Below are positions 40,362 to 53,844 of a stretch of 64,000 bases of DNA, piece after piece. The notes beneath the pieces were generated by a model. That model did no database searches. It was not told where the DNA came from and saw nothing but the letters and a program-made list of their open reading frames with translations. The position numbers and the translations under genes were made by a program. Each line of letters begins with the position of its first letter. Positions within the stretch are counted from its first letter, which is position 1. Origin of the DNA: the human T2T-CHM13v2.0 reference genome, Homo sapiens; the NCBI RefSeq assembly GCF_009914755.1, contig NC_060926.1, one strand, 5' to 3'.

Positions 40362-42038
40362 CGTAGTACTGACTTTTTTAGTTAATCTTACCATCTATAG
40401 ACTATATACAAAAATATTTTAGATCTTCCTAGGATCTTGCACAATATCATATGCATAGAAGACATTGGAAATATTACATGAATAAATGGGAAAAATAATT
40501 TATAGGGTTGGTAAATAAAGCATTTGCTTTAAAACGAAAGACATGCATATATATCTCCTTAAAATCTGAGGAATAATTATATTCTCTATACCAGAAGTCC
40601 TTCTTATATGAAAGTTGGGTTTATCAAAACAGAGTGCGTACATACAAAATGAGGGGGGTGAAGATTAAGCAACTACCACCAAAACTGAGTAATGCTATTA
40701 GCTTAGGAGTAAAGTTTTTAGATTTCTGTATATATTATGCCAAGCAATATATCCAAATATGGCATTTCCTGCACCTCCACCTGACACCTGAACATCATAG
40801 TTAGCCTAATAAAATTTTAAGGAAACATTTCTAAATCTAGTTATGCTCTTTATTTACCTATTGCCTGGCAGTCCAAAGCCCATCTTTATTTATTTATTTT
40901 TTAACTTTCACATAGGAATTCTGATTTACTCAAAAGAAAATTTCCACATATGGATTCAGATAACGTTATCAGCTAGTCATTTAGACTAATTTGGAAACTG
41001 AATATGTTAACTCTAAAGACCCAAGGTGAACTAAAATCAAGTTCATCACCACTGTTTTTAATAATCTTGTTTGTACATTAATATTTTCAGTTTGTTTAAT
41101 CATGTTGCTGCTAAGCTTTTGCTATTCTATTCCCAGTTTTTCGTAAGCCTGTCTTTACATTAGAACATCCTTGCTACATGAGTCTTCAAAAAAACGTTTC
41201 CCACATTCGCTTAGTCCATTGGCATTCTCTTCCACTAAGATAACTGCAGGAACTAAGCGGATATTGCAGGACAAACAAAGGGACTTTCTTCCTGTTTCCC
41301 AGTTACTATCTGTGTGTGCTGTTTCAGCAACATTGGGCAACTGGCTCCAGCCTGCAGCTTCTTTCTATACTCAAATCTCCAGTTTCTTATATCTTTCTGA
41401 CAATTGGAATACTAATCAGACTGCAGACTCCCACCCACTGAGATGTTTCTCCACCACAACCCCGCACCCTCATGTGGTTCTAGGTACCAGTCAGGCCCTG
41501 CTCTTTCCACAGAAGTCTAAGCACCTCTTACGTGTTGCTTCCCCATTCCTCTGCTTCCACATCCAAGCACTGTACTAGTGGATTCCCACCTTACTGCTCT
41601 TAGGTTTGTTAATTCCACGTATTCCCACTTCGGCTGCTTCCTGCTGTGATGAATGTCTAGGTTACTTCAGAGTTCTTTTTCTGCTCTTTCAAACTTCCAC
41701 CATTAAGGAAAACAGATTCCCTTGTTGAAAACATTTAGCCCATCTACCTGACTAGAACTGAGTCAAATATGTTTCAAATGGGGGAATATTCCCACGTATT
41801 TAAATCTCCTGTTTTATAAAACTTTTTCAATTGATCAAAGATATATAATACCATCATAGGGCAGGTGACAATTACAGTTAGTTTCAAGCCAAGAAACTCT
41901 TCTGTAAGATTTTAAGTGCAGGAAAAAGACTGAAGAAAGGGCTATCAACAATAAGAAACTCTGGAGTTATTGGGCTGACTCATGAAATTCTCAATGCAAA
42001 GAAAATGCTTTCCCGTGAACCTCAATATTATCACATAA

Positions 42039-42265
42039 TAGGGGTCAACGAGCTGACTGGTGAGACAAACCAGTTTGGTGTCTGCTTTTGCTAATAAAGT
42101 CTTATTTAAATATAGTCACACTCATTCATCTATATATTGTTTATGGCTGCTTTTGTACTATTAATAAAAAGATTGAGGTGAGTCTCTGTGTCAGAGACCA
42201 TGTGACATGGAAAGCCTACCATATATACTCTTTGGGACTTTAATAGCTGAAGTTTGCCAAAATGG
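42039..42265 (+). mobile_element. MER58A MITE
   Basis: AGGGGTCAAC...TAATAAAGTCTTATT...ATATTGTTTATGGCTGCTTTTG...CAGAGACCATGTG...AAGCCTA...AAGTTTGCCAA. Confidence 0.8.
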
Positions 42266-43199
42266 TAGACACGAGATTGAAGGGCAAATATGACCCCATT
42301 TATATTGAACAAAGTTGGGCCCCAATATTGATTTCACATATTACCTCAGGTGCAACAATTCTCACAGATAAGGCATTGTATCATAGCATCCATTCCAGGT
42401 TTCATTTGGGGGCAGAGACAGCAGCAGACTGTGGTTCAGAGGTAGAAGGCACTGCCATAAGAAGCTGCTAACAAGGGAGGCTATGACATTTGAAGAAGGA
42501 AAATACCAATAAAAATATGTTTACCGCAGAAAATAAAAGAAACATTTTGGCCTCAAAGATACAACAGATATGAGAGACATTGCACAGGCAACCTAAGATT
42601 TAAACTGCCAAACAAATCCAAATTTTTCCATCTCTTTTGTCATAAAAGATTAAAACAACTCAATGCAATCTCCAAAAGAATTCCCCATAGTGTGAAAAAC
42701 AGCCATCCATCTGTAAGAATGAGAAAGCACTTGTTCGCTGAGCATGTTAATAGATTTGGCAGATGAAAAAAAGCGGACCAAGTTTTGAACTCTATACCAA
42801 TATCCTCTTAGAAATAAATTTGCAATGTGAAAAGCTAAAATTGCATGTTGTTTTTAGTTGGCATTTTCAATGTAATTCAGGAGAGTGTTATATACATGAG
42901 TGTATATATATATATATAGATATATATATCACATATATGTATATATACATAGGCATACATAAAATAAAAGATTAGGTAGTTCTGTAAAGCAATACTTGAA
43001 GACAGGAAAAATTGATTCAAAGGGAAAGGTTGCCCTGTTTATAAATACAGTGGAGCCAGTACAATAAATGGCAGACCACAAACTGCAGGAAACTCAATTA
43101 ACTCAAGGCATTCTCACCAAGAAGAAAGCCTATTCTCCTAGAATTTAAATAAAAAGAATTCAATGAAGACAAAGAGAAATAATAAATCAGTCGGATCTC

Positions 43200-45645
43200 A
43201 GTTCTGATCTGTCCCTGGATTTCAAACTCAATCATTCAACTGACTATTTGGTCATTTTACTTGAATATCTAATAGACATTACTAACAAGATCAAAGAAAA
43301 ATTCTTTATTTCTATTTTTCAAACCTTCTCCTCCTATAGACTTTCTCATCTTAGTTCACACCACCTTCCTTCAGTTGCTCAAGGCCAAAATCTACAAGTC
43401 ATTTATCTTGTCTCTTCAATCCTATCAATAATTCATCAGCCCACACTGCCTACCTTTATCTTTGAGTCTGTGTCATCTTCAGTCTCTTCCTCCACCTCTG
43501 CCTCAATGGCCCAGTTATTTTCTCTTACCTGAACTGATGTGAACACCTCCTTCCAGGCCTTCCTGCTTCTGTTTCTGTCCCTCGTCAATTCACTCTCCAC
43601 GTGGTGGTCAGAGTGACCATTTTAAAATGTAAGTTAGCTCATGCCACTTTCCCACCAGAATCCCCAAATAGCTTCCCTTTGTAAGAATACAAGGCAGAAA
43701 TTTGAAGGCAGTGGTGATATAGATTTTAATTTTTGTAGGTATTCCTTTAGGACAACTAGGAGAGAAAAACCTCCAACCCTCATACAAAATAGCTACAATA
43801 AAACTCGCCACAAACCTCAAAATATGATCAGATGGTGAAAAAATACTAAGTGCTAAAGACCCAGACAGATAAGCATTTGTGCAGAAGGAAGCACAAGATC
43901 CGACAGACCTGAATATTGAAACCTCCTCAAACAGTTAAGACGTCCCCACTGGAACACTTGGTGGCGCCAATTTGAGGACACCCGCTGAAATCGAGCAGGG
44001 TTTATTCAGTGCAGTCCAATTCAGAGGTGAGCGCCAGGGTACCAAAGTGAAAGTTTCAACCACTCATTGTTCACTTCAGGGCAAGGCCCCATACTGAGCA
44101 GAAACTGCAGGATACAGAATCCAGTCATGTATGGAAGAAACCCAGGAGGAAAATCAGATAAGATAAGGAGGGAGCCAGACTGTCTGAAACTACAAGATTG
44201 TTAAACATTTCAAAAAATGGCAAGAGAGTTCAAGAAAAGCCACTCTGACCTACCCTACCCCAATAACGTTTGAGAATTCTTCAATGAGCTAACTAAAAAA
44301 ATGAAAATAAAAGAAAAAAAAAATCATGAGGAGAAAAGCAAAGGGGAAACCATTTAGATTAAGAGAACATTTAGAAATATGCCAATAAGTCCCAATATGT
44401 GAATATTATTTGGATGCTGAGTATAACAACAACAAAAAACACCAACAACAAACCTTTAAAATGTTATGACGCAATAGAAAACAGCAACGTCTGGAGATTT
44501 GTGGATTTAAAAAGAAATTATTTTGTGTAGATGATACTGTTATTTTGGTTATTAAAAAAAGAATCCAGTCTATCATTGTTGGACAAATGATGAGTTCATG
44601 CCCTTTATAGGGACATGGATGAAGCTGGAAACCATCATTCTCAGCAAACTATCTCAAGGACAAAAAACCAAACACCGCATGTTCTGACTCATAGGTAGGT
44701 GGGAATTGAACAATGAGAACACATGGACACAGGAAGGGGAACATCACACACCGGGGCCTGTTGTGGGGTGGGGGGAGGGGGGAGGGATAGCATTTGGAGA
44801 TATACCTAATGTTAAATGACGAGTTACTGGGTGCAGCACACCAACATGGCACGTGTATACATACGTAACTAACCTGCACGTTGTGCACATGTACCCTAAA
44901 ACTTAAAGTATAATAAAAAAAAGAGTCTATACTATATAAGAAAACATACTAAAATATTTACAGAAATAATGACAAAATATCTGTGATTTCCTACAAAATA
45001 AAAAGAGGGATTGAATGGGATCATAGATGAAATAAGTTTGCCTGTTTTGAAAATTCTTTAAAATAATGATACATGAGGTTTCATTGTACTGTCCTGTCTT
45101 TGAACATGCTTGAAATCTTACAAGATAAATTATTTTTTAAATATAACAAACTGAAAATTAATCTTCAATTTATAATTTCTTACTCAATTAGTTCCTGTCA
45201 TACTTTGAAACAACTTTCTCCATGAAATTCACCATCTCCAACTACACTCACCTTCTTCCTATTCCTCATCTTGATTCTATCCTGGGGCCTTTGCACCAGC
45301 TTTCTATTTTTCTCAGAGTGATTTTCTCCCACTCTCAGCAGGCTGCCTTCTTTTGATGATTAATATCTCAGATTAAATATCACTTTTTAAAGAGGCCTTC
45401 CCTGACCTCTTAATTTAAACAAATTTTGCAAGTTTTCTTATCATGACACTCTAAATGATTTTCATGACAACTTCACTATTATATAAAACAATCTCTTTAA
45501 AATGTAGGTATTGGTTCCTTGTCTTTTTCATGATAGTAACATATAACCTTCTGGAGAGCAGAGATTAGTGTGTCCTGTTTATGTTACATCTACAGAATTT
45601 AGATTAGCATTTCACACATAGTCCTTGTGGCACTTATTTAATTAA
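43200..45645 (+). mobile_element. L2 LINE (43200-43680 and 45230-45645) split by old L1M pieces (~43700-45130) and a young L1PA
   Basis: L2 motifs CTTGAATATCTAATAGACAT, TTCAGTTGCTCAAGGCCAAAA, CAGAGTGACCATTTTAAAATGTAAG, later GGGCCTTTGCAC and AGAGGCCTTCCCTGACC. Confidence 0.7.
44562..44922 (+). mobile_element. 5'-truncated L1PA (L1PA3/4-like) 3' end with a short 5' inversion
   Basis: AATGATGAGTTCATG...G-rich tract...GTACCCTAAAACTTAAAGTATAATAAAAAAAA; 44562-44585 is the reverse complement of upstream L1 sequence TGTCCAACAATGATAGACTGGATT; TSD AAAAAAAGAATC (44554-44565) / AAAAAAAGAGTC (44916-44927). Confidence 0.95.
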
Positions 45646-46791
45646 ATCAAAACCATATATTCATTTGTATCACATGTTGTCATAAATTTTACCTTCTCTG
45701 CTGTAAGCATTACCTCTGCACTTACTTTTTATCCTGTTGGCATTTGGCTGATATATCTTTGAGGGATAGAAATACTGGAATTAAGTAACACATATTAAAA
45801 AAAAACTTAATGAAGAGAAAAATATTTATAAGGCTAAAAAAGATATAAACACTTGTAGTGAGATAGACACCCAAATGGTGGGTAAAATAATGGATATGTT
45901 AGAATTACAAGGATAGAAAAATTCTAGCTTAAAATGTTTTCTTATTTAGCAAAACACAAACAAAATATATAACAAAATACGTATCTATAAGGAAGGGAAT
46001 TCCAAGAGGCTGCCGTTAAGTTTCTAAGTTGCCAATATTAATGATAATAATAATAATAATGAGGGTAAGTGGACAATAGCTAAAGAATTATAAGGAAATG
46101 AATTTTTTCCTTAGATTACTAAATCCAGTGATGTTGGTCAAGGAAAGAAAAAGATTCTTAGACATGTAGAGATTCAGAACTAGAAACCTGCATATACATC
46201 TATCTGATAAAAAAAAGAAACTATATGTAAGAAAATTAATATTTTTGAGAAATATAAGCCACATAATGTACATTTTTCTCAGCAATTTTTGTAAGATATT
46301 CATGAAGTACTGCATCACATCTTGAAAGATAAGTAAAACATTTTAAAACATGTTAATCTAGATATACGTGTCTATAATATTTCACTAACAATTGGAAGTT
46401 AAGAAAAGACAATAGGAAAGTCTTTGGATGCTAAATTTCTAACTTTTAAGGACTATTAATGTAGATATTAACACATAATGTAGCAACATTAAAAAGAAAA
46501 CACATTTAATAACTCTTATCTTTGGCACAATAAACAATGAACTATATTACCTTTATATATTGCAAAAAATATGCTTGATTAAATCATGTATAGGTGTTAA
46601 AAATAAATACTTAGGAGAACGTCAGAGAATCTTTTATATGGTAAAAGAAGATTATCTTTTTTGAAATATATACACATATATACTTTTTTCTTTCTTGGAA
46701 AAATGAAACCACAATATGTTTCAAAATATAGGAGAGCAATAGCCTATTCTGTGACCACATTGAACATATAGCAAGTGATTAAAAATAACTA

Positions 46792-47105
<314 letters not shown>

Positions 47106-47802
47106 AAAATAACAAGATTTAAAGCTATTCTGTATAGCTCTTGGTTTAGAATGAAAATAACTTGCCATTATAAGTTGTTTAGAAAATAACAAGGTAACAC
47201 TACATACTAAATATTAGATATGATGAAGTTTTGCTCAGAACAATGTTCATGGCTGTGGAAGTATTTACATTTCAAAATTCATTAAAAAAACTGAATTTAT
47301 TGCATATTAAACTCTGTGAAAAAACAACCAGTAAGTGAACCCAGAGAAATCAAGTGGAAGAAAGACTTGGAAAAATATTTAAATTAGGGAGAAAAAGAAA
47401 ATGAATAGGAATTACTGAATGCAAGAGCTCAGATATTGCAAAGGCCACAAAATATACCATCATTAGCATACTAAAAAAGCAAATGATAATTCATTGTATG
47501 CAGGAGTAGTAAACAAAAAGAAAGAGAAAGAGGAGGCAGTGGGGGAGGAAGAAAAGGAGAAGGAGTAGAAGGAGAACGAGAACAAGAAGAAGTCATTGTA
47601 TTATCAATCTTATAAAGAACATTGTATAAGAAAGTTCCTACAATTTTATGATAATACAAAAATATCAATAATATGGACAGTGTTTTATAATAATTTAAAT
47701 TTTCAAATTTAAAAATAAACTGCAAAAACTATAGAATATATATATTTTAATTTCTTAAATAACTTCTTCAGTTGTATTATTGTGTTCTATTTTAAGAAAT
47801 AG

Positions 47803-48103
<301 letters not shown>

Positions 48104-48479
48104 ACAAACATTCTTTATACATAAACCAAAAACATTAAAGAATAAAAACTTCTCCACTAATTTTAACAATTCTAGAAAAGACCTAAAGTAAAATTATTTA
48201 AAACTTTAATTTCTGTTAACATAGCAGACCAGATAAAGTAAAATGAATTTCTCCAAAACATATACACTAAAATAAATAAAAGAGATATTATATTAAGCCT
48301 AGTGCTGAAGCGTACAATAAAGGCAATGAATTCCCCAAGGTAACAGAAAGTGAAACTATACTTTAAATACACATTGACACTTTATTTGCCATGTTGGGTT
48401 TTTGTTTGTTTTGTTTTGCTCTAGTCATCATGATAGCCAAAGGACTTCAAAATTGTTTGGATTTTAATGACTACCAAAT

Positions 48480-50225
48480 TCAGGAATAATGTCTTAGAAC
48501 TACCAGGGTAAGGAATAAGATTTTGAGTTACATGAGCTTGAACACTGTAAAACTTGTAAATAGTTGGAATGTGAAAAAAAATGAAGTTTCAATTAGAAAA
48601 TTAGGAGGAAGGCTAAAAGATAATTAAAGTAGAAAGAGTTATTTCCCTTCTCCTAGATTCTGGATAGAAATATAAAGTTTCTCTGAAGAGCTAACAATCT
48701 TTGATCTGTTGGCATATTGATTTGGAGACTGAATTTATGCAACCCACATGGTCTTGGAATCCTCATTCCTATAAAGAACAAAGCAGTTCCAGGTTAAAGT
48801 ATCCCAGGATACTTCACAAAAGCAAAATAAAATTTTTGTGTGGGAGACACATTCTAACAAATAATTGGGCCAAGCATCAACTTAAAATAAAAAATATCAA
48901 AGCACATGAGAAAAATGATCATTGTAAATACAAGACAGTAGGACCAAAAAATAGTAACATAGAATTAAAAAAAATAGATAACCAGATTAAAATATAACCT
49001 AAAAACATGCATAAAATTCTTAAGATAGGAAGAAGGCTCAAAACATAACAACACAAAAAAGTCCAGCACAATTGGAAAAATGAAATAAGAGAACATTTAG
49101 AACTGAAAAATATAATAACTAAAATTATAGACAAATGTCTTAAAGAACAGAAGACAAATAAATTGAAAGACAGATGTGAATAAATTACCCACAGTGCAGC
49201 ACAATCAGCTGAAGAGATTAAAAAAATATAAAAGACAAGGAAAGAAAATACAAATCTTATTACAATTCAAGAAAAAAAGAGAATACAAGGAAGAGAAAAA
49301 TGCAAAAATGTATGGCTTCACATTTCTCAAAATTGTTGAAAGGCATGAATCCTTAGACACAGACATCACAGGAAGATGTAAGCAGGATAAAAAAGTGAAA
49401 TCTAAACCTAACACATTGGAGTGAACCTTCAGAACATCAAAATAATGAGTGATATTAAAAGGTGGAAACAAATCACTTACCTGAAAACAGACAACTGGAC
49501 TATTTAAAATACTGGCTGAAACTAGTTGGCAACCTAGAATTTATGTTCAGCAAAACCACTGTATAAAAACCATTACAGAACCAAATAAAATACAATAACA
49601 TCTTCAGGCAGGTAAAAATCAAAACCCACTAACACAACCTTGCTAAAGTTTCTCCTGTAAGATATTATTTAGGGAGAATAAAATTGAATCCATTAGTAAG
49701 GATTGTTAATGGAAGTTGAAATTTATGCAAACATAATTTGGGTATTATACATTAACACTTTAAAAATGGATTTTTACTTTATCTTTTGCACCAAGAATTT
49801 CTCATCTATATATAATTTTGTTGAAGTTGTGTGCAAATGTTTTTTGACAAGAACATTTTATTTGTTCATATTGAAATCAGAAATATGTCTGACCCTTAAC
49901 AAGAATGGACTTGTGAAATATACCATGCAATATTGAAGTAGTATGCAATTATTAATAATTTTACTATAAAAATACATCTGTATAAAAGCATAGATAGGTG
50001 TCTAAGGTACATTGATATTTCAAAAACAGCTCACACTGTTATATACAGTTTGAATATAATTTTGTTGAAATATTATTAAAGATATAGCCTTAAGATATTA
50101 AGATTGTTATCTCTGGCAGTGAATTGTGAATACTTTTAAATTGCCTTCTGTACTTGGCAATATTTTAAAATTGTTTCTACACTAAGCTTTTGCTTTTGTA
50201 CTTAGAATAAAATTATTAAAAATAA
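48480..50225 (+). mobile_element. Ancient L1M (L1ME-like) fragments
   Basis: A-rich ORF1-like motifs (TTTAGAACTGAAAAATATAATAACTAAAATT, AAATCTAAACCTAACACAT, AACCTAGAATTTATG) and a 3'UTR-like end near 50100-50225. Confidence 0.55.
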
Positions 50226-50343
50226 AGGCTGTCTTTTGGTATAAACATGGTCTCAGTTTTTGAGTTAGAAGACACAAAATTTAAACAAGGAATTGAGAAG
50301 CAAGAAGTGGCTATTTGGATTGGCTCATGAGTGAAAGGAAGTA

Positions 50344-51270
50344 CAGTAATTCCCTGTTTTTTGTTTTGTTTTGTTTTGTTTTGAGATGGAGTCTTGCTCT
50401 GTTGCCCAGGCTAGAGTGCAGTGGCAGGATCTTGGCTCACTGCAACCTCTGCCTCCCGGGTTCAAGGGTTCAAGCAATTTCCCTGCCTCAGGCTGCCGAG
50501 TAGCTGGGACTACAGGTGTGTGTCACCACACCTGGCTATTTTTTTTTTTTTTTTTTTGTATTTTATTAGAAACAGGGTTTCAATTGTTGGCCAGGATGGT
50601 CTCCATCTACTGACCTCGTGATCCGCCCGCCTCGGCCTCCCAAAGTGCTGGTGTTACAAGTATGAGCCACCGCGCCTGGCCAATAATTCCCTCTTATCAC
50701 AGGTTCACTTTCCAAGGTTTCAGTTACCCAGGTCAACCAAAGTGCGAAAATATTAAATAAAAGATTCCAGAAATAAACAGTTCATTAGTTTTAAATTGCA
50801 CACTGTTATGAGTAGGGTGACAAAGTCTCTCTCACTCCTGTGCTGTCCTACCCCATCCTACTTGGTCCTTAAGATTTCCTGTGTCCAGGGTCTCCATGGT
50901 GTCTATGCTACCTGCCCTTAGTTGCTTAGTAGCTGTCTTATTGCAGTGCTTGTGTTCAAGTAACCCTTATTTAACTTACTAATGGCCCTAGAGTGCAAGA
51001 GTAGTGATGCTGGCAATTTGACATGCTGAAGTAAAGCTGGAAATTACTTTCTTTAAGTAAAAAGGTGGACGTTTTTGACTGCAGAAGAAAAAAAAATTGT
51101 ATGCTAAAGTTGCTAAAATCTATGGTAAGAACAAACTTTCTATCTGTGAAATAATGAAGAAAGAAAAAGAAATGTGTGCATAGTATACATAGAATTTAGG
51201 AATGCCCATAGTTTCAGGCATCGACTGGGGGTTGTGAAAAGTAGCCTGCAAGTGCAAGGAGGGACTACTG
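50344..51270 (+). mobile_element. MER44B-like Tigger (TcMar) element, left terminal inverted repeat interrupted by an Alu
   Basis: TA|CAGTAATTCCCT...CTTATCACAGGTTCACTTTCCAAGGTTTCAGTTACCCAGGTCAACC...GGGACTACTG|TA; TA duplications at 50342-50343 and 51271-51272. Confidence 0.88.
50356..50681 (-). mobile_element. AluSc-like element
   Basis: (GTTTT)n tail; TTGGCCAGGATGGTCTC...GACCTCGTGATCC; internal 8-bp duplication GGGTTCAA; TSD AGTAATTCCCT/AATAATTCCCT. Confidence 0.94.
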
Positions 51271-51960
51271 TACTGAGAGATTTTCTACATTGAACCTTTA
51301 ATCTTACATGTGTAATTTAGAAAATGTGTGAGGCAGGAGGATGGATAATAGAGGAGGTGAAAATTACCCTGGGAAATCTGGGGCTATTTCTAAGGCAACC
51401 AGGAGCCTTCTGACTAACCTCAAGATGTGATTAGATATCCAGAGGTCTGCAATGTAATCATATGAAAACTGACTTTTAGTAAATGTTAACTTGAGTGACT
51501 ACCACTGTTTACTTCTATTTGTTTATGTTTTTCTTTCAAGTGGAATTTAAACTGGCTCTTTATTTTCTTGAATAACCAAGAAAGAATTTAAGCCACCAGT
51601 TTCTACTGAGATTATAAGTGGAGTATAAGGTGACAAAATATGTAGTCTCTTATTACCCTATTTCTTTAAAATGACCATTTTAATACATCTCTAGGCATGG
51701 GCAATATACTGAAAATTCTTGAAAGTAAGAGTAATTTTATCTTTTATATTGCTTCTGCAATTAATAAATCTGTAATAGGTTTTCAATATTATCCCAAACA
51801 TTTTATTGATTTTTCAGGTGAGAATCACTTATGAAAGGTTTAAGCAAGGAGGGATTTTTTTTTTTTACAGAAATGGAGTATAATAAGCTTTTTTTTTTGA
51901 GGTAATTTCTGCTAGATAGAGATAAAGCATACATAAATCAGAGAACTCAGATGACCACAA

Positions 51961-52815
51961 TCATCCTACCAAAGTACCTTGAAAGAAAGGATCAGTCGAG
52001 CCAGTTTGATTGCTGTCCTTTATGGCCCATGCCCACAGAACGGCTTTGTGGGTCTCTGATCCAATGTCTTCACAAGCTTTAATATATGCAGGCAACACCT
52101 CCTGATCAGGTACATTTTGTTGCTGGACGGAACGCATGGCCATTTTACACTCATGGTTCGCATTCTCAAAAGCTAACATACGAGGGAGAATTTCTTGAGC
52201 ATGCTCATCCGAGACAGATTTTTCAACCCCGTCTTGTAATTTAGCTAAAAAATCAGGGTATAATTCATTGTGACCTTGTTTAACAGTAGGAGCTTGGCCT
52301 GGGGTGCGTAATTTATCCCAAGCTCTCATACACACCTTTGTTACTTGTTCCGTGGTAACAGCATCAAAGCCTAATTGGGCATAAATATCAGAGAAGTCAT
52401 CGGAGCCTGTGAGCTGAGCCTGAGTAATTAGAATGCCATCAGCCCGATTTAGCTGAGCCTGCAGACGGGCCTCCTCTGACCACCAGGTACGGAATTGTAA
52501 ATGCTGAGATGGGGTTAGAACAGCTTTTGCCAAAAGGTCCCAGTCTAAAGGAAGCAAAATGACCTCAGTACAAAAAGTCTGTAATACCATTTTAACACAA
52601 GGAGAAGTAGGACCATACTGAGTACAAGCATCCTTGAATTCTTTTAAAAAGGTAAGATTGAGCGGCGCATAGCGACGCATTTGTACACCTTGAGCATTAT
52701 GAGGTTCTAGCGTGACCGGACAAGCCCATGCCTCTAATCCACTTGTTTCCTTGTGTTGGCGTAATAAGAGTTGCATTGAAGTTTCAAGAGTAGGCACCTG
52801 AGACGGAGTCAGCAT
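51961..52815 (-). CDS. gag: 284-aa open gag fragment spanning the full betaretroviral capsid domain (expression unproven)
   Basis: True ATG at 52815; PVTLEP (CA N-terminus, as in HML-2) at 52719; QYGPTSP, DWDLLAK, LQFRTWW, RAWDKL, major homology region VKQGHNELYPDFLAKLQ, FENANHEC, YIKACEDIG; the stop appears to come from flanking DNA. Confidence 0.75.
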   Translation of the reverse strand: MLTPSQVPTLETSMQLLLRQHKETSGLEAWACPVTLEPHNAQGVQMRRYAPLNLTFLKEFKDACTQYGPTSPCVKMVLQTFCTEVILLPLDWDLLAKAVLTPSQHLQFRTWWSEEARLQAQLNRADGILITQAQLTGSDDFSDIYAQLGFDAVTTEQVTKVCMRAWDKLRTPGQAPTVKQGHNELYPDFLAKLQDGVEKSVSDEHAQEILPRMLAFENANHECKMAMRSVQQQNVPDQEVLPAYIKACEDIGSETHKAVLWAWAIKDSNQTGSTDPFFQGTLVG

Positions 52816-53687
52816 AGAAGTGACAGGAAAAGCATGTGTAGATAAGGGAAACTAAGGTTGAGGAGGTCGGACCGGTATGAGAGTGTGAGAAAGGGGCATT
52901 GGGGGAGCAGAAGAGGCAGAAGTGCACTGGTGATTACTGGTATCCATGTGTGAAGAAGGGTACAGAGAAGCAGCCTGAGTGGATGGCAAAGTGACCGGTT
53001 GAGGAACTGAAACGACAGGAGGGCGAGGGGCTGCAGAGGAGGGGGAAGGGCCTGCAGAATTATAGGTGAATTGTAGTTTGGCCCCGGAGCCATTAGCTGA
53101 CTCCAGAGGCAAATGCTGCAAAGGTTTGAAGAGGGAAGAATTAGCATATATATGGCCCAGGGCTGTCCTATTCGGGGCCGCGGAAGCTGCAAGTAGCGGC
53201 TCTTCGGGAAATAAAATAAGATCACCAGGGGGTAATGTTAAGCCAAAGTCACCAGAATTAGATATTGAATTCTCAACATCATCAGGTGGGGGAGGAGTAG
53301 GCGAAGGGAGAGGCTGATCAGATAACGAAGGCCCCGTGGGAGAAGAAAGCTGAGGAAGAGGTAGAGGGTCTCCAGATTCAGAAAACTGTAGTAACTGCAG
53401 GGGGTCACGGGATTGCTATGTCATCAGGATGGCACGTACCAAGGCCCAATCACCCCACACAGTGATGGGAACATAATTCCCTGTAGGGACCAGTTCCTGG
53501 AATTTTGCACCAACACTATCCCATTGTTCTACACTTAAGGTTCCTTTTTCAGGAAACCAAGGACAGTGTTCTTCCACTGCCCTGAATACGGTAACATATT
53601 TTCCATCGGTACCCGAATACCTCCTTGTTTTAACAGGAGTTTAATATAGCAGAGATGAGCATGATGTTTAGACTCCCTGTGACCCGT
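52816..53687 (-). pseudogene. gag: Disrupted 5' gag (matrix and proline-rich region)
   Basis: Initiator position reads ACG (53687); 1-bp frameshift near 53594; in-frame TAG at 53416-53418 and 52852-52854. Confidence 0.85.
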
Positions 53688-53824
53688 AGTTAACCCAGAC
53701 AGTACACAGACTACTCACCAGTTGTCAGGGAGTAGAACAATCATTTCTGTGGACCAGACAGACGAACATTTCTCTGCACCTACCAGAGGGAATCAGGTTC
53801 CCACATGCACTTAGGAAAAAGAAA

Positions 53825-53842
53825 AACCATGTTGGCATGCCA
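53825..53842 (-). other. Degenerate tRNA-Lys-type primer-binding site
   Basis: TGGCATGCCAACATGGTT on -, 2 nt after the LTR end; resembles TGGCGCCCAACGTGG. Confidence 0.7.
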
Positions 53843-53844
53843 GA

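Noticed and set aside
41171-41578. 135-aa ORF
   Set aside because: TTG start, no recognisable domain or splice structure; the region may be an old LTR fragment that I could not assign.
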